From: Deltaproteobacteria bacterium
Lineage (GTDB): Bacteria > Desulfobacterota > Binatia > Binatales > Binataceae
Reading direction: 5' to 3'
Assembly: GCA_019237115.1 (NCBI GenBank)
Contig: JAFAHS010000399.1
Coordinates: forward strand, 52,018-84,017
DNA length: 32,000 nucleotides
Both the position numbers and the translations under genes were made by a program. Under the pieces are notes generated by a model. The model was not told the origin of the DNA. It made no database searches and was given only the letters and a program-made list of their open reading frames with translations. Of the stretch, positions 1 through 7,523 are shown in pieces. Every line of letters begins with the position of its first letter. Within the stretch, counting starts at the first letter, position 1.

Positions 1-48
1 CTATCACCCCCGCGCGACCCGCGCGGCCGCCATGGACGCCGACTGAAA

Positions 49-696
49 TTGGAAAAGTTTGCCGACTTCATTCCCGCCCTGCTGATTGCCGCGTTGCCGA
101 TCCTGTTCGCGATCATCGCGCACGAGGTGATGCACGGGGTCATCGCGCTGCGGCTGGGCGACGACACCGCGCTTCGCGCCGGACGCCTGACCCTGAACCC
201 GGTTTCCCATATCGATCCATTCGGGACGATCTTCCTGCCGGTCATCCTTATGTTTCTGCATCTTCCCGTGTTTGGCTATGCGAAACCGGTCCCGGTGAAT
301 TTCTCGCGGCTTAGAACCGGACGAACCGGAATGATGGAGGTCGCCGCGGCCGGACCGCTGACCAATTTCGCGCTGGCAATTGCCAGTGCGTTCGCGCTGC
401 GCGGCCTCCTGCGGTTTGCCGGGGGCCCGTGGCAGGCGCCAATCGTCGTGCCGCTCGCCTACATGCTGAAGTATTCGGTCCTCGTCAACATCGCTCTGGG
501 GGTATTCAACCTGTTTCCGCTGCTTCCGCTCGACGGCGGACGGGTGCTCACCGGCCTGCTTCCCCTGCCGGCCGCCCGTGCCTTCGCGCGCACCGAACCC
601 TATGGATTTCTGATCCTCCTGGTGCTGCTATATACGGACTCGGTGGAAGCCGTGATCAACCCGATTATCAATACCCTGACCCGGATGCTGCTGTGA
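49..696 (+). CDS. Site-2 protease family (peptidase M50) membrane metalloprotease
   Basis: 215-aa ORF. It carries an HExxH motif (HEVMH) inside the first hydrophobic segment. NPVSHIDPFG, AAAGPLTNF and LFPLLPLDGG blocks are typical of the small M50 family. TTG start; its stop overlaps the scpA start (GTGA at 693-696). Confidence 0.85.
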   Translation: MEKFADFIPALLIAALPILFAIIAHEVMHGVIALRLGDDTALRAGRLTLNPVSHIDPFGTIFLPVILMFLHLPVFGYAKPVPVNFSRLRTGRTGMMEVAAAGPLTNFALAIASAFALRGLLRFAGGPWQAPIVVPLAYMLKYSVLVNIALGVFNLFPLLPLDGGRVLTGLLPLPAARAFARTEPYGFLILLVLLYTDSVEAVINPIINTLTRMLL

Positions 697-1466
697 GCGC
701 GGAGTCCGAAACGCCACTGCGGCCCGAACTTGAGGCAATCCCGCGCTTCAAGCTGCCGGTTTACGAAGGCCCGCTCGACCTTCTCCTGCACCTGCTGAAG
801 CGGGCCGAACTCGATCCCCACGACGTAACCGCGAGCATCATCACCGAACAATACCTCGCCTATCTGGAACTGCTCGAGCAATTGAACCTCGATGTCGCCG
901 GCGAATACCTGGTGATGGCCGCAACGCTGCTACTGATCAAGTCGTTCTCGCTGCTGCCCCATCCGGAACTGGCGGATACCGAGGACTCCGAGGAACTCAA
1001 GCGGGACCTGGTCGAACGCCTTCTGGAATATCAGCGCTATCGGGAAGCCGCCGAGAAACTGGCCGGCCGCGCGATCCTGGGCCGTGATGTTTTTGCGGCG
1101 CCGGGCGAGCCGGCACCCCAAGCCGATGGCAACCAGCCGCGCCTCACGGTGGCACTGTTCGACCTGGTCGAAGCGATGGGCGCGGTTCTGAAACGCCTCG
1201 CCGACCAGACTCCGCGTGGCATCGTGTTGCGGGACATCCCGATTGCGGAATGCATCCCAACCATCCTGACCCGATTGGAACAACACGCGCGACTAGAATT
1301 TACCGCTTTGTTCGAGGACTTGCGCGACCGCCCGCGCATCATCGCCACCTTCATGGCGTTGCTCGAACTGATGCGCCGCGGTGAAGTTGGTGCGTGGCAG
1401 GAGGTTCGCTTCGGCCCGATCATGCTCGAACGCCGCACGGTTCAACAAGTCGGGCAAGCCAAATGA
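693..1466 (+). CDS. scpA: Segregation and condensation protein A (kleisin)
   Basis: Track ORF 429..1466 trimmed to the in-frame GTG at 693, which overlaps the upstream stop. LPVYEGPLDLLLHLLKRAELDPHDV...EQYLAYLELL...GEYLVMAATLLLIKS is the conserved ScpA N-terminal region. Confidence 0.9.
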   Translation: MSAESETPLRPELEAIPRFKLPVYEGPLDLLLHLLKRAELDPHDVTASIITEQYLAYLELLEQLNLDVAGEYLVMAATLLLIKSFSLLPHPELADTEDSEELKRDLVERLLEYQRYREAAEKLAGRAILGRDVFAAPGEPAPQADGNQPRLTVALFDLVEAMGAVLKRLADQTPRGIVLRDIPIAECIPTILTRLEQHARLEFTALFEDLRDRPRIIATFMALLELMRRGEVGAWQEVRFGPIMLERRTVQQVGQAK

Positions 1467-1605
1467 CCCGCTCCTCACGAAACGAGTCGGGTTCGCGGTG
1501 CGGCTTCCTGCCTCCTACTGCCACGCGGGTGTCCGGGAGGGGGATTTTGGGCGTACAGAGCTCGGTGCACGATTAGAGAAAACAGCGGGTTTTGACGGAA
1601 AACCG

Positions 1606-2283
1606 GTGGAAGCGGAACATCTCAAATCGATTCTCGAAAGTCTTCTATTCGCTGCCGGCGAGCCGGTGTCGATGGTGCGCCTGCAGGCTGCGCTCGATGG
1701 TCCCCCCCGTGCCGAAATCCAGCAGGCGCTCGCCGCTATGACCGCGGAGTACGCCGCGAACAATCGCGGCCTCAGGCTCGAGGAAGTCGCGGGCGGCTAC
1801 CAACTGCGCACCCTGAAGGAACACGCCCCCTACGTCCGCAAGCTGCTCGCCGCGCGGCCGCCGCGGCTTAGCCGACCTCTGCTGGAGACCGTCGCGATCA
1901 TCGCCTACCGACAACCCGTCACGCGCCCCGAACTGGAGCAGCTGCGCGGGGTCGATTCCGGAGGGGTACTGGAAACTCTGCTGGAACGCCGCCTGATCAA
2001 GATCGCCGGTCGCAAGGAAGCGCCGGGAAGACCCATCATCTACGCAACCACGCCGGAATTTCTGGAGACCTTCGGACTTAAAGACCTCGACGGTCTCCCG
2101 GACCTGAAGGAATTCCAGGAAATCGGGCGCGCCGTCGAACAGGCTGAAACTGGTCCGGTAGAAAGCGTCGAGACCCATCCGCCGGACGCCGAGCAGCCGG
2201 CGGAATTTGCGAGTCCTCCCGGCGACCTCGATCTGAAGGCCAGCGAAGCAGTTCCCGTTCAAAAGCCCGACCCGGGGAAATAG
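1606..2283 (+). CDS. scpB: Segregation and condensation protein B
   Basis: LESLLFAAGEPVS, GGYQLRT, ETVAIIAYRQPVTRPELEQLRGV and GRPIIYATTPEFLETFGL blocks are typical of ScpB. The gene lies directly after scpA. Start set at in-frame GTG 1606, about 10 codons before the conserved LLF block; GTG 1498 is an alternative. The Pro/Glu-rich C-terminal tail is unconserved. Confidence 0.85.
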   Translation: MEAEHLKSILESLLFAAGEPVSMVRLQAALDGPPRAEIQQALAAMTAEYAANNRGLRLEEVAGGYQLRTLKEHAPYVRKLLAARPPRLSRPLLETVAIIAYRQPVTRPELEQLRGVDSGGVLETLLERRLIKIAGRKEAPGRPIIYATTPEFLETFGLKDLDGLPDLKEFQEIGRAVEQAETGPVESVETHPPDAEQPAEFASPPGDLDLKASEAVPVQKPDPGK

Positions 2284-2427
2284 TCCGCACCATCATATGG
2301 CGCACGATGGCGTAGTGCGGCGCATCGTCTCATGCGCATGCGATAGGCGACAAGATTTCGGACAGCTTAGGGGGACGGTGCGTTCCAGGCCTGCCTGGCG
2401 AGAAACCGGCTCTGGGACCATGCGCTG

Positions 2428-3807
2428 CTATCCGCCGGTATCCTCGAACGCTCCGACGTCGGGCGTGTAGTTCTCAAATCTCGTGTACTGGCTTAGGTAG
2501 GTCAGCTTGGCAGTGTCGGTTGGACCGTTACGCTGCTTGGCCACGATGACTTCGGCAACCCCCGGTTCTTTGGTGTCACGGTGGTACATCTCGTCGCGAT
2601 AGATAAAGCCGATTACGTCGGCGTCCTGTTCGATGGCGCCCGATTCGCGCAGGTCGGCGAGCAGTGGTCGACGGTCGGGGCGCGTTTCGACCTGGCGGTT
2701 CAGCTGCGAAAGGGCGAGCACCGGCACCGCCAACTCTTTTGCGAGCGCCTTGAAGGAACGCGAGATTTCCGAAATTTCCTTCTCGCGCGATTCGCCCGGC
2801 CGTGACGCGCGCATCAGCTGCAGATAGTCCACCACGATCAGTCCCAGATTGGATGAACGGTCACGCTTGAGCCGCCGGCACTTGGCCTTCAGCTGAATCG
2901 GGGTGATGTCGGTCGAATCATCGATGAGGATGTTGGCCTGGCTTAGGCGGTCCGCGGCGGTGATCAGCTTGGGAAAGTCGTCGTGCTTTAAGTAGCCGGT
3001 CCGGACCTTGGCGCTGTCCACCCGCGCGTCGGCGCACAGCATGCGCAAGGAAAGCTGCTCCTTGGACATTTCCAGCGAAAAGTAGGCGACTCCGACCGGC
3101 GGGTCTGCGTACATGGCCGCGTGCGCGGCGATGTTCAACGCCATCGCCGTTTTTCCCATCGACGGTCGTGCGGCGAGAATTATCAGGTCCGAGGGTTGCA
3201 GCCCCGCGGTTATCCGATCCAGGTCGATGAAGCCGGTCGGCACCCCGGTTACCAGTTCCTTGCGCTCGTACAACCGCTCGATCAGGGCGATCGACATCGG
3301 GGTAATTTCTTTCATCGAGTGGAACGAGGGCCGGATTCGCCGTTCCGCAATCTCAAAAACGCGATGCTCGGCCTCGTCCAGGTATTCGTCGACGTTGGGC
3401 GGGCCCTCGTAGGCACCGGTGGCTATTTCGGTGGAAACCGAGGCCAGGCTGCGCAGGATGGCCTTCTCGCGCACCAGTCGCGCGTAGTAGGCGATGTTGG
3501 AGGCGGTCGGAACAATCGAGGCGAGCTCGGCGATGTAGGTAGGACCGCCGATCGATTCCAGCTTGCCGTTTTTCGTAAGCCAGTCTTTCAGCGTGATCGC
3601 GTCGACCGGCGATGGCACATCGGTGAGCTCGATCATCGCGCGATAAATTTCGCGGTGCGAGTCGCGGTAGAAATCTTCGGGAACCAGAATCTCGAGCGCG
3701 TGATTGATCGCTTCGTTGTCGAGCAGAATCGCTCCCAGCACGCACTGCTCCGCTTCGAGATTTTGAGGGGGAACGCGCCTTAAGATGTCGTCCGCAACAG
3801 CCGCCAC
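2428..3807 (-). CDS. dnaB: Replicative DNA helicase DnaB
   Basis: 459 aa. N-terminus reads PPQNLEAEQCVLGAILLDNEA. Walker A is ARPSMGKTAMALN. DYLQLM, FKALAKELAVPVLALSQLNR and IIVAKQRNGPT-like blocks are present. GTG start is preceded by GGAAGGTGG. Confidence 0.95.
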   Translation of the reverse strand: MAAVADDILRRVPPQNLEAEQCVLGAILLDNEAINHALEILVPEDFYRDSHREIYRAMIELTDVPSPVDAITLKDWLTKNGKLESIGGPTYIAELASIVPTASNIAYYARLVREKAILRSLASVSTEIATGAYEGPPNVDEYLDEAEHRVFEIAERRIRPSFHSMKEITPMSIALIERLYERKELVTGVPTGFIDLDRITAGLQPSDLIILAARPSMGKTAMALNIAAHAAMYADPPVGVAYFSLEMSKEQLSLRMLCADARVDSAKVRTGYLKHDDFPKLITAADRLSQANILIDDSTDITPIQLKAKCRRLKRDRSSNLGLIVVDYLQLMRASRPGESREKEISEISRSFKALAKELAVPVLALSQLNRQVETRPDRRPLLADLRESGAIEQDADVIGFIYRDEMYHRDTKEPGVAEVIVAKQRNGPTDTAKLTYLSQYTRFENYTPDVGAFEDTGG

Positions 3808-3938
3808 CGTACCACCACCTTCCGGACCCGCACACCGATTTCAGAAGGTCGGGATTATTCGCAAACCACGAGCCGGCTTCAAGAGTCTCTTACCAATTGA
3901 CATCTTATCCCAACCGCTTTTAACAGGATATCCACAGG

Positions 3939-4655
3939 TCATCGAACCCGCCGAGGAGGCGGTTCTCTCCGCGCCAGCAGCGGTCCCAGCGCGACGCCAA
4001 ACAGGAATCCACCAATATGCGCCCACCACGCCACCCCTCCCGCAGGAGCCCCCTGTGACCCACCCATCAGGCCCGCATAGAGCTGCACCCCGAACCAAAG
4101 CAGCAGGTAGAGGACGGCGGGAACCTCGATAACCTGAATAAAAATGAACACGGGCAGAATGGTCGTGATACGGCCGCGCGGATAGAAGATGAAATAGGCC
4201 CCCAGTACCCCCGCGATGGCGCCCGACGCGCCGATAACCGGGATCTCCGAGTGGGGCGCTATCGAAATGGTTGCCACCCCGGCCGCGATTCCGGCCGCCA
4301 GGTAGAAGCCCAGAAATCGCAGGCTTCCCAGGCGCCATTCGACGCCGGCCCCAAAAATGAACAGGTAGAGCATGTTGCCGGCGACGTGCAGAACTCCGCC
4401 GTGCACAAACATCGAGGTGACCAGGGTCAGAATGGGTCGCAGCCCCGCGCCCGGCCCGTCCGGGCCCACTCCCGGCTGGAATACTTCGAGCGACGCGCCG
4501 ACCTGTGCGGGAATCATCGCATACCGCCGCACAAGAGCTTCGACTTGGGGGCCGAGCAAGACTTCGTGAACAAACACCGCCAGGTTCGCGAGAATCAGTA
4601 GCGTGTTAATCGGCGTGAAGCGGCGTTTGGTCGAGCTGTCACGCAGAGGAATCAT
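3939..4655 (-). CDS. Rhomboid family intramembrane serine protease
   Basis: 238 aa and multi-TM. HGGVLHVAGNMLYLFIFG, the catalytic Ser motif GASGAIAG and the catalytic His motif AHIGGFLFG are all present. Confidence 0.9.
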   Translation of the reverse strand: MIPLRDSSTKRRFTPINTLLILANLAVFVHEVLLGPQVEALVRRYAMIPAQVGASLEVFQPGVGPDGPGAGLRPILTLVTSMFVHGGVLHVAGNMLYLFIFGAGVEWRLGSLRFLGFYLAAGIAAGVATISIAPHSEIPVIGASGAIAGVLGAYFIFYPRGRITTILPVFIFIQVIEVPAVLYLLLWFGVQLYAGLMGGSQGAPAGGVAWWAHIGGFLFGVALGPLLARREPPPRRVR

Positions 4656-4850
4656 CCGCCAACACCCATCGCAGCACCGCGCCGTATGCTACCGGTTACC
4701 GATAGCCGTGCGCGAGACGCCCGCTTGAGGATCGGCAATTTGTATGCGAGATAGGAAACGGTCTCACTTCGTGGGACCTTAGCTGCGCAGTCGGCTCATT
4801 GGCGGCCGTCAATCGTGCGCGGTACGGGCAATCATCCAGGAGGTATTGCG

Positions 4851-5570
4851 ATGGAAATCGTCTCGCAGGAAGTCAGTGTCGGGAGCGAGAAAATGCCTTG
4901 CCATCTGGCACGCCCCGCGGCGGGCGGTCCCTACCCGGGTCTGGTCGTCGTGATGGAGGCATTTGGGCTCAACGATCACATCAGGAGCATCACCGGGCGC
5001 TTTGCGGCTGAAGGCTTCGTGGCAATTGCCCCGAATCTCTACTTCCGCCAACCCAACAACGTGGTCGCCTATAATGATCTGCCGGGCGCCTTTCGCCTGA
5101 TGGGATCGCTCAACGACGACCAGGTCGTCGCGGACATGACCGGAGCGATCAACTACCTCAAGGCCATCAAGGAGGTGAAGCCAGCGTTCGGCACCGTGGG
5201 ATTCTGCATGGGAGGACGGATCAGTTTCCTTACCGCCTGCCGCAATGCCGACGTCAAGGCGAGCGCCCCGTTCTACGGCGGTGGGATGGTGACCTCGCGG
5301 CAGCCCAGCGAGAAACCCCCCATCGCGTATGTGGAAGGTCTCAAGGCTCCGGTGCTCGCGTTCTTCGGCGGCAAGGATGCTTTCATACCATTGACCGAGG
5401 TCGACAAGTTCCGCGACGCGTTGAAGAATTCGGGGAAGACTGCGGACGTGGTCCTGTATGCCGACGCCGACCACGGGTTCATGTGCGACGATCGTCCGTC
5501 GCACCACCCGCAGCACGCCAAGGAAGCCTTTGCCAAAACCATCGCGTTCTTCAAGCAGAACCTGGGCTGA
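4851..5570 (+). CDS. Dienelactone hydrolase family protein
   Basis: Track ORF 4815..5570 trimmed to ATG 4851, which has AGGAGG 7 nt upstream. PGLVVVMEAFGLNDHI, the nucleophile-elbow block GFCMGGR and C-terminal DADHGF are typical of the DLH family. Confidence 0.85.
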   Translation: MEIVSQEVSVGSEKMPCHLARPAAGGPYPGLVVVMEAFGLNDHIRSITGRFAAEGFVAIAPNLYFRQPNNVVAYNDLPGAFRLMGSLNDDQVVADMTGAINYLKAIKEVKPAFGTVGFCMGGRISFLTACRNADVKASAPFYGGGMVTSRQPSEKPPIAYVEGLKAPVLAFFGGKDAFIPLTEVDKFRDALKNSGKTADVVLYADADHGFMCDDRPSHHPQHAKEAFAKTIAFFKQNLG

Positions 5571-5585
5571 GCGGGTCGTTGGCGC

Positions 5586-6050
5586 ATGACCGATACCACG
5601 CGGGCCGGCGCTCTGGGCCGGCCCGTTTTCTATCTGATGCTGGCCGGCACGCTCGCGCTTGTCACCGCCTGCTATTCGGCCGGTTATCGAAAGGAAATGG
5701 CAGCCACCGTCGACCTGCTGGGCGGGCTCACCGAGAAACTGGCTGATTACTGCGGTGCGGGTTTCAAGCTCGACGACCGTCAGATTTCCTCGGAGGAGAT
5801 GGGCGAGTTCTACTATGCGCTCGGCAAGGCTACGGCCTTCAGGGCGATTTGGCGCAGCCAGGCCCAAAGACCTTCCTATAAAGATTTCAGCGCCCTGCTC
5901 GAGCAGTATGTCGCTTTCGTCCATTCCGCGGACGAATACCGGCTGGGTGGTCGGGTCGACCCCGAAAAGCTCGCCGCCTTGATCGCACAACGCGATGCGG
6001 TCAGGAAGACCGCATCGCGAGTCCGCGCGGACCTGGCTTCCGAGGAATAG
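5586..6050 (+). CDS. Hypothetical lipoprotein
   Basis: 154-aa ORF with GC3-rich codon usage. The signal peptide ends in a lipobox (LALVTA|C). I recognise no family. Its stop (6048-6050) is 1 nt from the stop of the convergent nitroreductase gene. Confidence 0.55.
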   Translation: MTDTTRAGALGRPVFYLMLAGTLALVTACYSAGYRKEMAATVDLLGGLTEKLADYCGAGFKLDDRQISSEEMGEFYYALGKATAFRAIWRSQAQRPSYKDFSALLEQYVAFVHSADEYRLGGRVDPEKLAALIAQRDAVRKTASRVRADLASEE

Positions 6051-6051
6051 C

Positions 6052-6732
6052 TTAACCCTTCCAGCGATTGCCGTAACGGTCGAGGCAGACCACCTCGCCG
6101 ACCGGACGGCGGCGAATCGGCCCGAACTTGTCGCGCGGATATCCGATGGGCAGCAGCGCGTAGGTCTGGACCTCCGCGGGCAACCCAAGAATCGCCTTGA
6201 CCTCGTCTTCGAAGAACATGTGGATGGTGGTCAGCACCGTGCCGAGTCCGAAGGCTCGGCAGGCCAGGATGATATTCTGCACCGCCGGATAAATGCTCGA
6301 TCCCCCCATCCGCGCCAGGTTGCGCATTGCCGCCGCCACCTCCGGCGGCAACTTCGCCGGCTGCGCGCCGACCTGTCCCGGCTGCAGGCAGGCCACCAGC
6401 AGCACCGGGGCCTCGGCCATGTGATCGATCAAATAGGTGGCCGACGCCATCAGCTTGTCGTACTGCTTCTGATCCATGTGCTCGGGCTTGACCCGGTTTG
6501 CGTACAAGGCCATCAAGATTCCGCCGCCCTTGCGATAGACCTCGCCGAGCTTGCGGCGTTGCTCGGGGTCCTTGACCACCACGAACAGCCAGGTTTGTTC
6601 GTTGCTACCCGACGGCGCTCGAATTCCGGCCTCGAGAATCTTGCTTATCACATCGTCCGGTACGGGATCCGGTTTGAACCTGCGTAGCGCTCGTGCGGTG
6701 TTGATCGCTTCAAAAAGTCCGAACTCTGCCAT
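6052..6732 (-). CDS. Nitroreductase family protein
   Basis: 226 aa. The N-terminal AINTARALRRFKPDPVPDDVISKILEAGIRAPSGSNEQTWLFVVV block is the classic nitroreductase-fold signature. GGAG lies 9 nt upstream of the ATG. Confidence 0.85.
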   Translation of the reverse strand: MAEFGLFEAINTARALRRFKPDPVPDDVISKILEAGIRAPSGSNEQTWLFVVVKDPEQRRKLGEVYRKGGGILMALYANRVKPEHMDQKQYDKLMASATYLIDHMAEAPVLLVACLQPGQVGAQPAKLPPEVAAAMRNLARMGGSSIYPAVQNIILACRAFGLGTVLTTIHMFFEDEVKAILGLPAEVQTYALLPIGYPRDKFGPIRRRPVGEVVCLDRYGNRWKG

Positions 6733-6786
6733 GGGAACACTCCAATCTTGGTTTCGCGCGGCATGAGTATCGGCGATTGCACCCGG

Positions 6787-6820
6787 AAAAAAAAGAGCGG
6801 CCGCAGCAACCTGCGACCGC
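6787..6820 (-). terminator. Rho-independent terminator downstream of the VOC-family gene
   Basis: The minus-strand RNA reads GCGGUCGCAG-GUUG-CUGCGGCCGC. This is a 10-bp GC-rich stem with one G.U pair and a 4-nt loop, followed by UC and U8. It lies 28 nt after the stop at 6848. Confidence 0.75.
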
Positions 6821-6847
6821 CCTGTCGAGCCTTGCTGAGAACCGCGG

Positions 6848-7417
6848 CTACACGGGTGTCCGCTCCGCGGCCTTGGGCGGCTGGGGACCCATCAACATCT
6901 GGTAAACCTTCTTGGCGTCCTGCGGATCGCTGACCATCGGCCCCGGTTGGTCATGATGCTTCATGATCTTGTCGTCGGCGGTAAACTCGCGCATGGTCGC
7001 GCAATACTCCAGCAGCAGCCCGTTGGGATCGCGGAAGTAGATCGAGCGGCACCATTCGTGGTCGACCACCGGCGTCACATCGACCCCGCGCTCCACGAGC
7101 ATCGCGCGCTTGTCCTCCAACGCCTTCATGTCATCGCACCAGAAGGCAAAGTGATAGAAGGCGCCCGGCAGGCCCTGCGCGCTGTTGATATCGGTCGCCC
7201 ACTCCGCGGGAACTCCCGGAACCTTCTCCGGGCACATGAAAGCGACCAGCGAACCGTCGCCAGTGTTGAGGAAGACGTGTTTGATCTTGCCTTCCTTGCC
7301 GGTCTCGATAATGTCCGCCCAGGCGACTTCCCACCCAAGCTTCTTGATGTAGAACTCGATGGTGCGTTCGATGTCGAGCGTGGCCAATCCCAGATGATGC
7401 ACTCCGGTTCGCTTCAT
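6848..7417 (-). CDS. VOC (glyoxalase/bleomycin-resistance/dioxygenase fold) family protein
   Basis: 189 aa. The N-terminal GVHHLGLATLDIERTIEFY and later YHFAF...IYFRDPNGLLLEY blocks are typical VOC beta-alpha-beta-beta-beta modules. GGAGG lies 8 nt upstream of the ATG. Confidence 0.8.
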   Translation of the reverse strand: MKRTGVHHLGLATLDIERTIEFYIKKLGWEVAWADIIETGKEGKIKHVFLNTGDGSLVAFMCPEKVPGVPAEWATDINSAQGLPGAFYHFAFWCDDMKALEDKRAMLVERGVDVTPVVDHEWCRSIYFRDPNGLLLEYCATMREFTADDKIMKHHDQPGPMVSDPQDAKKVYQMLMGPQPPKAAERTPV

Positions 7418-7459
7418 CGCGGAACCCTCCTGAACGGCAGTTCAGACCGTATGCTCACC

Positions 7460-7488
7460 ATTTAAGTACCGCTCGCGGGGTTTGTCAA
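7460..7488 (-). promoter_or_regulatory. Candidate sigma70-like promoter for the VOC-family gene
   Basis: The minus strand reads TTGACA (7488..7483), a 17-nt spacer, then TTAAAT (7465..7460), about 45 nt upstream of the ATG at 7417. This is a consensus match only. The host sigma specificity is unknown. Confidence 0.3.
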
Positions 7489-7523
7489 AACATCTGACCG
7501 ATCGCTCGAGCACACCCGCCCTG

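Noticed and set aside
1-46. Possible 3' end of an upstream + strand gene (open frame ending at TGA 44-46)
   Set aside because: Only 15 codons are visible (YHPRATRAAAMDAD*). That is too short to support any call.
429-692. Upstream extension of the scpA ORF that overlaps the M50 protease gene
   Set aside because: The extension is out of frame with a well-supported protease gene and is Arg/Pro/Ala-rich. The conserved ScpA sequence begins right after GTG 693, which overlaps the protease stop.
3897-3930. TTGACA hexamer on the + strand between rhomboid and dnaB
   Set aside because: No acceptable -10 element lies at 16-18 nt (TTAACA/TAACAG only). A + strand transcript from here would merely be antisense to the rhomboid gene.
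4760-4778. 7-bp hairpin (GGTCTCA-CTTCG-TGGGACC) in the rhomboid/DLH divergent region
   Set aside because: It is short, contains a G.U pair, has no following U-tract, and I cannot check conservation. It could easily be fortuitous in GC-rich DNA.
4809-6188. 459-aa minus-strand ORF spanning the dienelactone hydrolase and lipoprotein genes
   Set aside because: It is antisense to a clearly homologous DLH gene that has a strong SD. Its translation is low-complexity (Arg/Gly/Ala) and it crosses an intergenic gap. This is a high-GC artefact.
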